Below, piece by piece: positions 7,641-17,284 of a DNA stretch of 35,293 nucleotides. The stretch spans positions 1 through 35,293 of the IMG/VR virus record IMGVR_UViG_3300045988_085402; one strand, given 5' to 3'. Position 1 is the first letter of the stretch. Every line of letters starts with the position of its first letter. The notes beneath the pieces were generated by a model. It was not told where the DNA came from. It was given only the letters and a program-made list of their open reading frames with translations, and searched no databases. The position numbers were made by a program, and so were the translations under genes. The DNA comes from a virus.

Positions 7641-8920
7641 GACGGCATCCCCGCCACATAGCGGCACACGTCGTTGTACGTGCGCGAGGCAATGTCCGGA
7701 ATGTCCGACAACGACAGGTCCGCAATGCCGACCTCGGCGAACTCGACCGTCGGCAGCGGGTCGCCGTCGAGCAGCAGACACGGCGCGATCCAGTCCGCGC
7801 CGGCCTGGATCGTGGTTGTCGCTTTCATGAGTACCCACCTGTTCGCGTCGGGCTTCCCTCGTGTCTGCCGGTCCGGATGGTCGAAGCTGCGTTTCGTCGA
7901 GCCTGACCCGCGGCCGTTCGACAACCACAGGCCAACCGACACGTTCGACAGGTCGGAGTCGCTGCCGATGCGTCGCACGTAGGCGGACACTTCCACAGTG
8001 TGATCGACCGGCACCTGCCGGAAGCTGGACGTGCCCGCCGTCGGGGTGACAGTGCGGACGCCCCCACCGCGAGTCGGCCGGCCGTGCGGCGACCAGTTCT
8101 CCGAGATGTCCCCGCCGAGCAACTTGTCATCCTCCGGGTGTGTGGTGCCGCCCCACAGGTAGAAAACCTCCCGTTTCACGTCGCCGGAGGCAAGCTTCGC
8201 CTCCCAGTCCAGCCATTCACCCCAGGTGACGCACGGCGCCCACGAACCCATCCTGGTGCCGTACATGCCGAGCCACTGCTCGGTGTGCCGGACCATCTCC
8301 GAGGGGCGCTCCGTCACGGACAGCTCCCACTGGACGGTGCCGGCCAGGCGTGATTCAGTCTGCTGTGCGGTGGCTTTCTGTACGGCCACCACTCGGATCG
8401 GACGGATCGTGCACGACGGGATCCGGCAGGCGTCGCCATCGTGGGCGACGATCAGGTAGCCGGGGCGCTGCGTGAGCGCGCGGAGCGTCTCGTAGTCGGC
8501 GCGGCCTTTCGTGCGGTAGGTGATCGTGTATGACAGTGGCTCCGCGGACTGCCCCCATCTGTCAAGGGTCCCAGCTGACGTGGACAAGGTCGTCAGTCCC
8601 GCGGAGAACGACTCCTCGTTCGCCTCGACGATGCGCCCCTTGACGGCGACATGGCCGGTCTCGTCGGAGATGATGTCCGCCCCGATGGATGTGCGCACCG
8701 CGGTAGTGTCCGACGCGCCGACCTGTGCGTACGTGGTCTCCTCGCCGATCGGCGCCAGCGGGTCGCTGATGCACTCGGAGTCGGTGGGATGCCAGATGAG
8801 TACCCGGTTGTCGTCCGACTTTACGTATACGGGTATCGCGGCCGCACCTTCGGGGGACGGGTTCGGCTGCAGGGACAGCATTCCCGTGTGCTGGGCCGTG
8901 AAAGCTTTCATCGTTGCCAT
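7637..8920 (-). CDS. Minor tail protein (distal tail protein position, 427 aa)
   Basis: ORF track. Lies immediately downstream of the tape measure gene. Call is based on synteny. Confidence 0.7.
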   Translation of the reverse strand: MATMKAFTAQHTGMLSLQPNPSPEGAAAIPVYVKSDDNRVLIWHPTDSECISDPLAPIGEETTYAQVGASDTTAVRTSIGADIISDETGHVAVKGRIVEANEESFSAGLTTLSTSAGTLDRWGQSAEPLSYTITYRTKGRADYETLRALTQRPGYLIVAHDGDACRIPSCTIRPIRVVAVQKATAQQTESRLAGTVQWELSVTERPSEMVRHTEQWLGMYGTRMGSWAPCVTWGEWLDWEAKLASGDVKREVFYLWGGTTHPEDDKLLGGDISENWSPHGRPTRGGGVRTVTPTAGTSSFRQVPVDHTVEVSAYVRRIGSDSDLSNVSVGLWLSNGRGSGSTKRSFDHPDRQTRGKPDANRWVLMKATTTIQAGADWIAPCLLLDGDPLPTVEFAEVGIADLSLSDIPDIASRTYNDVCRYVAGMPS

Positions 8921-8924
8921 GCGA

Positions 8925-11900
8925 TCATCTTCCCATCATCCTGTTAGCGGTGACGATGCGCCCGTCCGCGACGGACTTCATCCTGGTAGTCAGGGTGGTC
9001 CGCCCGTCCACGGTCAGCTCCAAGTTCATCCCGTCCATGGCCTTGCGCAGCTGCTTCACGGACACAGCCCCGCCGGCGGCGATGGACGGTGAGGACGCGG
9101 ACAGTGCGCCGCCGTCAGCGAAGCGGCGCGCCTCCATGTAGTTACGGATGTCGCCGTCGCGGATCATCCGCCGCAGCCGGTAGATAGCGTCCTGGCCGCC
9201 GGCGGCGGCCACCTCGGCGGCGGTAAGGACATGCTCCCCGTTGGATAGCCACGCGGGGATCCAGTCGTCTTTCGGGCCGCCAGGACCGTGCACGGCGCCA
9301 GCGTTCGCGTACCCCTTGATCGGGGTGATCGGACCCCCTTCAGACCGCAGCCAGGAACCTTTCGGCATGTGGTCGCCGATCCAATGGCCGACCGACGTGA
9401 AGATCTGCTTGATCCGAGTAGTGATCGAAATCTCTTTGTCGTGGAGTTGGTCGATGTTGTACTTGACGGTGCGGACCTTGCCGCTAGCTTGGTCGTTACC
9501 GGAAATCGTTACCGTGCCGGTCGTATTGTCGATCTCCGTATGGACGGAGTCCTTCTCCCACCGGGCGCCGGTAGCGTCACCAAGAATGGACACCGTGCCA
9601 TCCGAGTTGTCGATCGTCTGCACGGTCTCCTGCAGGCCGGCCAGCCCCTGGTCGTTGTCCGCGTCGATCTCAACCACGCCGGTCGTACCGTTGATCGAGT
9701 CAGCCGTCACGGTCAACGTGTAGTCCGCCTGTGCGGCGTCACCGGAAATGGAGATGGTCCCTGTCATGCCGTCGATCTCAGCCGTCGCGCCGTTAGCAGC
9801 TTCGGTCGCCTGTGACGTGTCGGCGGTGACCTCAGTGTTGATCTTCTCGGGGATAAGGCCGTACTTATCGGCGAGCTCGACCGCCTCGTCTTCTGTGAGC
9901 CCCATAGACTCTGCCGCTGCGATGAACGCGTCCCGGCCGGTCTGCATCTTGGACTGCAGCTCATCCTGACCGGCACCAGCAGCCTGCGCCGCCTGCACCT
10001 GCGCGAACGTGGCAGACGCCAAGTCATTCAGAGCGGACTGATTCTTCCTGCCTTTCTCCGTGGTGATGTCCAGCGTGGCGCCGTTCTCCTTGACAGCGTC
10101 ATTGACGTTCTTCAGTGCCTCCTGAAACTTGATGTCCGCGTTCGAGTTCGCGATGACGGTGTCACCATACGTTTTGATGCCTTTGATTACCTCCTCGATG
10201 GATGGCACGATTTGGTCGGTGCCTTCCTTTGCCTTGCGGATAGCGGCATCCAGCTGCGACGTGCCGCCGGCCGCGGCCTGAGCGTTAGGGTCAATCTGCC
10301 CCAACGCAATGGCGAGGCGCGTATTGTCGTCCGCCGTCAAACCCATCTGCTTTGCGACCTCGTTAAGATGCGACTTGAAATCCGGCATGGAGTTGATCAG
10401 GTCGATCATTGACTTGTTCGTGCCATTCGTCATCTCGGACGATAGTTTTTTGAACTGTACCACAGCGTCGTCTGTGGACATGCCAGACAGAGCCTTACCC
10501 GTCGTCTCAAGGGCATCCTTCGTGCGCTGCAAATCGGAGCGAGTGTCCGCCCCGAAGGCGCCAGCGACACCGTCGGCGAAGCTAGCCAAGTGCTGCTGCA
10601 CGGACGACCACACGGACGGGCGGCTGATGTCCGCCAAGGCCTGCGAATACTCCTGCAGGGAGTACTTACCTTTATCGAAATCCAAGTTGTTCATGACGGA
10701 GCCGCCGTGAGCGAGCGCCGTGGACATTTCGTCCACGGACACGCCAGTGCGGCGCACTTCATCGCCGTAATGCTTGACACCTTCAATCAGGGCGGCAGTG
10801 ATCATCATCCGGCCTGCCCGACCGAAACCAGTCATGCCAGTGGCGACTTCACCGAGCTTCCCTTTCAGGCCGGCAGCCGTCCAGTTCAGCGCGTTCATGG
10901 CGTCTTTGATCTCAACAATTTTCGGCGCCATCACCATGAGACCACCGACCGCGGTCAGGGCCGCACCCCCGAACGCGGCAAAGTTCATGATCATGGACTG
11001 AGTGCCGCTGCCGAGCTCCCCAAGCTTATCGACCAGGGATGTGATGTGCTGAACGACGGAACGGACCGGCGCCTGCGAGGACGACCCGATCTTAATCATG
11101 GCGGTCTCCCAGGACCCGCCCAGCTTCTCAATGTCGCCCTTCAAATTGTCCTGTTTCAGGCGTGCAGTTTCAGCGGCGTAGCCGGCATCGTTGACTTTGT
11201 CGATCCAGCCCTGGATGCCTTCGCCACCCTCGTTGTACAGGACGTTCGCGGCACGGATGGCGTCCGACCCGAAGATCGTGCTCATCGCCGTGTTGCGCTC
11301 CTCTTCGCCGAGGTCTTTCATCCCGTTGCGCAGCTGCTCGGCGACGGCGGTGATCCCAATGAAGTGCCCCTGAGCGTCATAAATATGGATGCCCAAGTCG
11401 TCCATTGCGTTCTTGGCGCCCTTGGAGGGGTTCTCCAGACGCTGAAGCATCGTCTTGAAACTCGTACCGGCGTCTTGGCCGATCAGGCCGGCGGACGCGA
11501 AAGCAGCGATCGAGCCCGTCGTTTCCTCGATGCTCAGGCCGGCCTGCGAGGCAACAAGACCAGACTGTTTCAGGGCGTACGCCATGTCGTGGACGCCGCC
11601 CTGCGCCTTACCTGCGCCAGCGGCCAGAAGGTCCGCGACGTGGGTCACCTTGTCGCCAGACAGGTTGAACTGCACCATTGCGGTCGCCGCGGTCTCAGCC
11701 GCCTCGGACACGCTGATCTCACCCGCAGCAGCCAAGTCCAGAGCGCCCGAAAGGCCGCCCGCGAGAATGTCTTTTGTGGATACGCCGGCCTTGGCCAGCT
11801 CCTCAATGCCGGAGGCCGCCTCTGTCGCGGAGAACGCGGTGTCCGCGCCGGCCTGGATGGCAGCCTCGCGCAGCTGGGACATCTCGTCCGCGGACGAGTG

Positions 11901-12239
11901 GGTGGCGGCCTGCACAGACGACATGGATGCGTCGAAGTCCGCGGACATCTTCCCGGCCATGCCCGCAAACCCGAGCAGACCCGCCCCGACACCCGCGACC
12001 GCCGTCCCTACCGTAGTCCAAGCCGCCCCGTTCTGGCGCGCAGAGTCAGCGAGACCGGCGAGCCCGGACTTGCCCCGCTCGCCGGCATTGCCCATCTGGT
12101 CGCCGGCGCCCTGCGCGGCCTGGCCGGCCTGCGACATTGCGTCCGCGGCGCCCTTTGTCGCAGACGACGCCTCCTGCATGCCGGCCTTCACCCCGGATGC
12201 GTCGGCAGTCAGCTTGACAACTACGGTTCTGTCGGCCAC
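8925..12239 (-). CDS. Tape measure protein (1104 aa)
   Basis: Largest ORF, directly after the G/GT chaperone pair. Gly/Ala-rich hydrophobic segments and long helical regions. GTG start 12239 with GAGGAG upstream. Confidence 0.9.
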   Translation of the reverse strand: MADRTVVVKLTADASGVKAGMQEASSATKGAADAMSQAGQAAQGAGDQMGNAGERGKSGLAGLADSARQNGAAWTTVGTAVAGVGAGLLGFAGMAGKMSADFDASMSSVQAATHSSADEMSQLREAAIQAGADTAFSATEAASGIEELAKAGVSTKDILAGGLSGALDLAAAGEISVSEAAETAATAMVQFNLSGDKVTHVADLLAAGAGKAQGGVHDMAYALKQSGLVASQAGLSIEETTGSIAAFASAGLIGQDAGTSFKTMLQRLENPSKGAKNAMDDLGIHIYDAQGHFIGITAVAEQLRNGMKDLGEEERNTAMSTIFGSDAIRAANVLYNEGGEGIQGWIDKVNDAGYAAETARLKQDNLKGDIEKLGGSWETAMIKIGSSSQAPVRSVVQHITSLVDKLGELGSGTQSMIMNFAAFGGAALTAVGGLMVMAPKIVEIKDAMNALNWTAAGLKGKLGEVATGMTGFGRAGRMMITAALIEGVKHYGDEVRRTGVSVDEMSTALAHGGSVMNNLDFDKGKYSLQEYSQALADISRPSVWSSVQQHLASFADGVAGAFGADTRSDLQRTKDALETTGKALSGMSTDDAVVQFKKLSSEMTNGTNKSMIDLINSMPDFKSHLNEVAKQMGLTADDNTRLAIALGQIDPNAQAAAGGTSQLDAAIRKAKEGTDQIVPSIEEVIKGIKTYGDTVIANSNADIKFQEALKNVNDAVKENGATLDITTEKGRKNQSALNDLASATFAQVQAAQAAGAGQDELQSKMQTGRDAFIAAAESMGLTEDEAVELADKYGLIPEKINTEVTADTSQATEAANGATAEIDGMTGTISISGDAAQADYTLTVTADSINGTTGVVEIDADNDQGLAGLQETVQTIDNSDGTVSILGDATGARWEKDSVHTEIDNTTGTVTISGNDQASGKVRTVKYNIDQLHDKEISITTRIKQIFTSVGHWIGDHMPKGSWLRSEGGPITPIKGYANAGAVHGPGGPKDDWIPAWLSNGEHVLTAAEVAAAGGQDAIYRLRRMIRDGDIRNYMEARRFADGGALSASSPSIAAGGAVSVKQLRKAMDGMNLELTVDGRTTLTTRMKSVADGRIVTANRMMGR

Positions 12240-12249
12240 AAGACTCTCC

Positions 12250-13151
12250 TCACTCCTGTTCGGATTCTACCTTGGCGTCCGCGACATACAGGAGTGACCC
12301 CTCTTTCGGGGGGGAGATGAGGTCGCCATGTTTGTTCCGCTCGGAATGGTCCTTCTCCCACCGTTCACGGGCAGCTTTCGCATAACAGACCACCTCTCGG
12401 GCTTCGAACCAGCCGTCCATGAACTCGTCCCAGGCCACATCGCGCGGGTAGCCACACCCGCATGGGCACAAGGATGACTCGTACAGGGAGTAAGCGTTCG
12501 CCAGGTCGTAGTCCTGGGCCACCCACTCGCTAGACCGGCGCAGAATCCCCGTCGGCGGACGCCCCCACCCCATGGCGGCTTTCACCATGGACCGCAGCCA
12601 GGCCCCGGTCGGGGCGGTCAGGACCTGGACGAGAAAGGGGCGGTGATGGTCGGGCTCTCCGTGTCGACGGCGCGGATGCAGCGGGACAGCTTCTCGACCT
12701 GCTGAGGTGACGCCTGGTACAGGCCGGCGATGTCCTCGCCAGTCACGCCGGTAGGCTCCACGATGTGCGCGGCGATGAACGCGCACTCCATCTCGTGGGT
12801 GACAGGGTCATCCTTCGTGCGGTGGCCGAGCGACTCCATGAGTTCCTTCTGCGCGTACACGGACATCGTCTGCACGACGAACTCCACCGCTGAGTCTTTC
12901 AGTTCAGCGAGCGTCGCGTTGGCCTTGTTGAGAAGCTCCTTCTTGCGTTCGTCGGACAGGCCGGGCAGGCGGGCCTCCTCGTCCAGACGGTCGATCACAG
13001 CGAGCAGGTCGGTGCGCCCGTACAGCATGCATGACTTCCTGGTCGGCTGGAACCCGGCCATCCACGCGGCGAAATCAAACTTCTCTGGCGTGTCCGCGCC
13101 GTCGGTGCGGTTCTCGAAGTTGTCAGCGTCAACGTCAACACGGTCGCTCAT
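12250..13151 (-). CDS. Tail assembly chaperone GT fusion, made by a -1 programmed frameshift (about 300 aa)
   Basis: The -1 frame (ORF 12250..12786) is open across the end of the G ORF. After the CCCTTTC slip the reading continues ...TAPF LVQVLTAPTG..., exactly as in that ORF. Confidence 0.75.
12618..13151 (-). CDS. Tail assembly chaperone G (177 aa)
   Basis: Acidic ORF between the major tail and tape measure genes. Canonical position, with an overlapping -1 ORF. Confidence 0.8.
   Translation of the reverse strand: MSDRVDVDADNFENRTDGADTPEKFDFAAWMAGFQPTRKSCMLYGRTDLLAVIDRLDEEARLPGLSDERKKELLNKANATLAELKDSAVEFVVQTMSVYAQKELMESLGHRTKDDPVTHEMECAFIAAHIVEPTGVTGEDIAGLYQASPQQVEKLSRCIRAVDTESPTITAPFSSRS
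12633..12639 (-). other. -1 slippery heptamer C CCT TTC (X XXY YYZ), six codons before the G stop
   Basis: Minus strand reads ...ACC GCC CCT TTC TCG TCC AGG TCC TGA. Plus strand GAAAGGG at 12633-12639. Confidence 0.7.
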
Positions 13152-13261
13152 CGGCGTCCCCTGTCTGCGGTCCCAAGCGGTCTATGTGCGGTGTCGCCCC
13201 CGCCGCCAGAGACCGCACATGGCAGCGGGGGCAACAGGCCCAGTGTACAGGGTGGCGTACG

Positions 13262-14056
13262 TCAGGCGCCGACCGTGTAGGGCTTCCCAGCGGACGCGCC
13301 AACCGCGTTCGTGACGATGAAGTTGCCCGTCTGAACACCGACAGGCAGGACCGCGCTGATAGCCGTCTGAGACAGAACCCGGTAGGAGGCGACCGGGGTA
13401 GTCTTCCCGGCCACCGTGCAGGTGACACCAGTGACGCCAACGAAGTTCGTACCGGTGATCAGCACGGTGTCGCCGGCTTTCTTCCCGGACGGGTCGATCG
13501 ACGTAATCGTGGGGGCGGCCTGGACCTTGCCGCCGCCGACGGTGATCTCGTTCTCCAGGGCGTCAGAAATGAACAGGGACACGGTGCGCTTCGTGTACGT
13601 GGTCCTGTCGTCAGGCTTCTGCGGCTGGCCGGGGGCGACGTGGTACCAGTCGACGTCGTCCCCGTTCGCGAACGGCTCCTCGGGCTTCTTACCTTCGCGC
13701 TCGTACAGCTCGAACTCGCGGCCGGTCTGCTTCAGCAGCTCCCAGACGGCGTTGTCACCGCCCTGGACCTTCTGCCCGTTGTCGTCGAAGAACCAGTACA
13801 CGCTGACCTGGCCCTCGTATTCTGCAGGGCCGGGGACGGTGCCCTTGCCGGCGGCGCCGAGTACAGGCTCCTCCACGCTAGTACTTCCCTTTGATCCGAG
13901 CTTATAGTCGGACTTCATGACAGACATCTCAAAGTGGATGCCCTTGTTCAGTTCGTCCGCGGTCGGCGCCTTCCTGTTCGCGACCGGGGCGGAGTCGGTG
14001 CCCAGGGCGACGAGCGTGATGCGGCCGTCGCCGAGCGTCCGGATTGACGAAGCCAT
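13262..14056 (-). CDS. Major tail protein with C-terminal Ig-like (IPT/TIG-type) domain
   Basis: 264-aa ORF upstream of the chaperones. C-terminus PTITSIDPSGKKAGDTVLITGTNFVGVTGVTCTVAGKTTPVASYRVLSQTAISAVLP is typical of IPT/TIG repeats. RBS GAGAGGAGAAAG. Confidence 0.8.
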   Translation of the reverse strand: MASSIRTLGDGRITLVALGTDSAPVANRKAPTADELNKGIHFEMSVMKSDYKLGSKGSTSVEEPVLGAAGKGTVPGPAEYEGQVSVYWFFDDNGQKVQGGDNAVWELLKQTGREFELYEREGKKPEEPFANGDDVDWYHVAPGQPQKPDDRTTYTKRTVSLFISDALENEITVGGGKVQAAPTITSIDPSGKKAGDTVLITGTNFVGVTGVTCTVAGKTTPVASYRVLSQTAISAVLPVGVQTGNFIVTNAVGASAGKPYTVGA

Positions 14057-14123
14057 GTCGGCTTTCTCCTCTCTCCGACGCCGCGTCAGCGCCGGACAAC
14101 GTACGTTTCTAGGTCAGTTTAAC

Positions 14124-14546
14124 TCAGGCAAATCTTTTGAACGCCGTAACCTGCCACATGTCTACCGAGTAGAACAGGTGGCCGTAGGCGGGGATGTCCA
14201 CTTGGTCATCGCGGAGCAGCCCGGACGAGTACGACAGGCGCAGCGGCTCCACGTGGCAGCCGCCGACCCGCAGCTCATACCCGTCGAGCACCCCACGGAC
14301 GTCATCTGTTACGGTCAGCAACCTGTCGGCGGTTCCTGCAACCACCGTGAGCGGCTGCAGGAAGCTTATCTCGTCGGCGGCATTACCGAGCGTGCCAGCC
14401 TTGCCGGCGCCGGCGGCAGGCAACTTCACGAGCACGTACGGGACGTTCGGCCTGGCTTTCGTGACCTCACCGAGGTACACGTCGTACCGGCACAGGTCCC
14501 GGCATGCCCTCTCCATTGCTTTCACGAACGGGCCGATCTTAATCAT
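14124..14546 (-). CDS. Tail terminator-like neck protein (140 aa)
   Basis: Assigned by synteny: last of four small genes between capsid and major tail. ATGA overlap with the upstream gene. Confidence 0.6.
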   Translation of the reverse strand: MIKIGPFVKAMERACRDLCRYDVYLGEVTKARPNVPYVLVKLPAAGAGKAGTLGNAADEISFLQPLTVVAGTADRLLTVTDDVRGVLDGYELRVGGCHVEPLRLSYSSGLLRDDQVDIPAYGHLFYSVDMWQVTAFKRFA

Positions 14547-14920
14547 GACAACTTGTCCAGTATCTCGTCGAGGGTGGAAGCGATCTCGTCGGTCACCTTG
14601 TCGTCCATGTAGTCGGCTGGGTGCGGCATGCCGCCGCCACCCTTAGGAGTGCCCCAAATCGCAATGTTAGCTAGCGCGCCCTTCGGCTTCGACGGGCCGA
14701 ACTCGGCCTGTACAACAGCGCCGGACGGCTTCGTGTCGTAGGAGAACGTGTCGCCCACCTTAGCGATTCCCTTGTTGGGGAACGCCCGGTAGTCCTGCCG
14801 CGCCCGCTCCTTCGCCGAGTCTAAGGCGTTGCGCACGCCGACCTGCACCGCCGAACCGGCCTCCTGGGCAGAGGCGAAGTCGGCGGCGAGCGCACGCAGC
14901 TGTGTTACGTCGGCGGGCAT
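14543..14920 (-). CDS. Neck/tail-completion protein (HK97 gp10-like position, 125 aa)
   Basis: Synteny. Start/stop overlap (TGATG) with the upstream gene. Confidence 0.6.
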   Translation of the reverse strand: MPADVTQLRALAADFASAQEAGSAVQVGVRNALDSAKERARQDYRAFPNKGIAKVGDTFSYDTKPSGAVVQAEFGPSKPKGALANIAIWGTPKGGGGMPHPADYMDDKVTDEIASTLDEILDKLS

Positions 14921-15291
14921 CAGTCGGTCTCCGCGTCAACGAGCATTCTCGTGGCGGTCCTGTGCGTCTGGTTGATGAGGCCGCGGATTCGGAACGGATA
15001 TGCGTACCCGGTCACGGTGGCGACGTCTCCGATGGCCGGCTGGTACGCGGCCTCGCGGGGAATGTGCAGCTCGGTCTGCTGCAGCTCATAGGTGTGCCCG
15101 CCGGTGGTCGGGGCGGTGCCGTACGACGTCTGCTGCCGCAGCCGGCACTTCCCTTCGTACACGCGAGCCATGGCAGGCTCGTCATGGCCGGCCTGTGGGT
15201 TCCAGTTCATTGACCTTTCCGGCCGGTCAATCACACACGAGTCGACCATCAACCATTCAGCCCGACGCCGGCGGGCGTGCGGGTGACTCAC
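14920..15291 (-). CDS. Head closure / head-tail joining protein (123 aa; alternative start ATG 15249)
   Basis: Synteny. GTG 15291 overlaps the upstream stop (GTGA). Confidence 0.6.
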   Translation of the reverse strand: MSHPHARRRRAEWLMVDSCVIDRPERSMNWNPQAGHDEPAMARVYEGKCRLRQQTSYGTAPTTGGHTYELQQTELHIPREAAYQPAIGDVATVTGYAYPFRIRGLINQTHRTATRMLVDAETD

Positions 15292-15740
15292 GGCTCCCCC
15301 CTGATCGCGTCGATCCAGCCGCTGTCACCATACCGGTTCGTGGCGGGCGGCCACACTTCCCTGTACGTGCCTATCACGCCGAGCCCGCGTGTGGGGGCGT
15401 CCTCAATGTACAGGAGCAGTGACTTCTTTTCGGTGGGTGTCAGGTACAGGCCGTCCTCGGGGACGGGCTTGCCGCCACCCATCCAGTCGTCGAGTCGTTC
15501 ATAGTTCCACGACTCGGGGTTGACGTACGCTCGCGCCGCGCAGGACAGGATGATTTCCTGCACGCCGCCAGGGACGTCAGCCGGGGTCCATGGCCGTGCG
15601 ACGCGTCCGCAGGTTTCAAGGACAAGGGAGGTGGCCCGTCGCAGGAGCCATTTGGCACGGCGGACGTCACCGTCCTCGGTGATGCTCTCTCCGAGCCAGT
15701 CTCCGAGGTCGGTGACGTCCGCCAGCGCTGTGGTGGGCAT
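15288..15740 (-). CDS. Head-tail connector/adaptor (gp6-like position, 150 aa)
   Basis: First gene after the major capsid gene. Helical N-terminal region typical of adaptors. Confidence 0.65.
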   Translation of the reverse strand: MPTTALADVTDLGDWLGESITEDGDVRRAKWLLRRATSLVLETCGRVARPWTPADVPGGVQEIILSCAARAYVNPESWNYERLDDWMGGGKPVPEDGLYLTPTEKKSLLLYIEDAPTRGLGVIGTYREVWPPATNRYGDSGWIDAIRGEP

Positions 15741-15745
15741 TGCGA

Positions 15746-16675
15746 TCAGGCGAGTCCAAAAGCAGTGGCGCGCTGATCGTCCATGACAGCAGCACCGAAG
15801 AAAGCGTCGACAACGGCGCGGTCCTCAGCCTGGTCGGGGTTGTAGTCGCAGATCAGGCGCAGGGCGAAGCCGTCCTCGGCGTGGTTCGCACCGTAGGAGG
15901 CGCCGAGCGGCACGGTCGCGGCGCGCAGAGCCATCGTGAACGCGTCGCGCTGGTAGGCGATGCCGAACTTCTCCGGGAGGCGCGGGTCCTCGATGATGGT
16001 GAAGCCCTTCAGACGGGTGATGACGGCCTCGTGGAGGCTGTCGCCGTCGTCGGCCTGGTAGGCGGCGTTCGCCAGGTCGCGGTTCTTCTGGATGACCTCG
16101 GCAATGCCGGGGCCGACGGCGATCGTCCGGTCGGAGGTGGGGACCTCACGGCTGTTGAGGACGCGGGCGAGGCGGGCCACGACTTCGAGGACGTTCGAGG
16201 AGTCACTCTTCAGCTTCAGGGCCTTGGCGTCGGTGTAGTCGACGCCAACGGCAGAAGCGTCCGCGGCCTGCGAAGCCTTGATCGTGGCCATGATCGCGGC
16301 GAGCTTCTTGGGGAGCTCATCGACGACGGCCTCGGCGGTCGGCTTGGCGACCTCGGCCTCGAAGGACTGCAGGGTCCATGTGTACCAGTCGGAGGGCAGA
16401 CGGACCGCGGAGTAGATCTGGTCGGCGAGCTCGACGGGCACGTACGCGCGGGTCAGGTCGGTGTAGCTGATCGCGTTGCGAGCGTCACGCTGAGCCTTGG
16501 TGCGGGTCGCGGCGGTCGCCTTGACGGGCATGGGCACGTTGACGGTGCTGCCGTAGCCGGCCTCGTAACCGGACTCGGCGTCGCGGTTAATGGTGCGCGG
16601 CAGGGCGGACAGGTAGCGGAGAGCGGCGACGGAGCTCTTGGTGACCTTCATCGCCGGGGTTGCAAAGTTAGCCAT
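15746..16675 (-). CDS. Major capsid protein (309 aa)
   Basis: Follows the scaffold gene. Size and position fit an HK97-fold capsid protein. The translation looks like a well-formed globular protein. Confidence 0.85.
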   Translation of the reverse strand: MANFATPAMKVTKSSVAALRYLSALPRTINRDAESGYEAGYGSTVNVPMPVKATAATRTKAQRDARNAISYTDLTRAYVPVELADQIYSAVRLPSDWYTWTLQSFEAEVAKPTAEAVVDELPKKLAAIMATIKASQAADASAVGVDYTDAKALKLKSDSSNVLEVVARLARVLNSREVPTSDRTIAVGPGIAEVIQKNRDLANAAYQADDGDSLHEAVITRLKGFTIIEDPRLPEKFGIAYQRDAFTMALRAATVPLGASYGANHAEDGFALRLICDYNPDQAEDRAVVDAFFGAAVMDDQRATAFGLA

Positions 16676-16690
16676 GGGGCTTCCCTTCTA

Positions 16691-17248
16691 TCAGCGGCGA
16701 CCGAAGATCCGGCTGCCAATGGTGGTGATGTTCTCGTCAGTGTCGTCGTCTCCGACCGGGGCGAACGGGGCCGCCTGCGGCTGGGGGGCGATGATTGCGG
16801 CGAGCTTCTGGGCGTCATCGGGGGAGTTGAGGGTGACGTAGTCGGCGAGCTCAGGGGCGAGGCCGACGGACTTGAGGGACTCCTGGGTGGCGAGCTGCGC
16901 CTTCAGGCCGTCCAGTTCGGCGCGGGCCGCCTCGGCGAGAGCCTTGTAGTCAACGGCCGGCTGTGCGTCGGCGGCAGGCTCCTGGTCGGGGACCTGGGGG
17001 GCCGGCTCCGCGTCGCCCGTGTCGGCGGGTGCGGCCTCAGGCTTGTCGGCAGGCTTCGCCGAAGCGTCCCCCTCGGGGGTGGGCTGCTCGGGCTGGGTCT
17101 CGTCAGTGTCATCGACAGTTCGCTCGGGGGTGGCCCGCTGGGGGGCGGGCTGCTCGGCGCCCGTCACCGACTTCGGGTCGGCCTTGGCGTCACTGTCGGT
17201 GGATGCCGCAGACGCGGACGCGTCCGGACGGGGCTTCGACTGGGACAT
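16691..17248 (-). CDS. Scaffolding protein (185 aa)
   Basis: Acidic Pro/Ala/Glu/Asp-rich low-complexity N-half, then a helical segment (KALAEAARAELDGLKAQLATQESLK). Lies between the MuF-like and capsid genes. Strong RBS AAGGAGGAG. Confidence 0.8.
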   Translation of the reverse strand: MSQSKPRPDASASAASTDSDAKADPKSVTGAEQPAPQRATPERTVDDTDETQPEQPTPEGDASAKPADKPEAAPADTGDAEPAPQVPDQEPAADAQPAVDYKALAEAARAELDGLKAQLATQESLKSVGLAPELADYVTLNSPDDAQKLAAIIAPQPQAAPFAPVGDDDTDENITTIGSRIFGRR

Positions 17249-17284
17249 TAACTCCTCCTTTTGGTGCGCTGCATGCAGTATATA

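Noticed and set aside
10590-12320. 576-aa plus-strand ORF (and 11455-12297) antisense to the tape measure gene
   Set aside because: Same reasoning: the minus-strand product is a recognisable tape measure protein, and the plus-strand translation is Arg/Gly/His-rich noise.
15740-17251. 503-aa plus-strand ORF antisense to the capsid and scaffold genes
   Set aside because: The translation is Gly/Val/Leu/Arg-rich and repetitive. It spans two well-supported minus-strand genes and their intergenic RBS.
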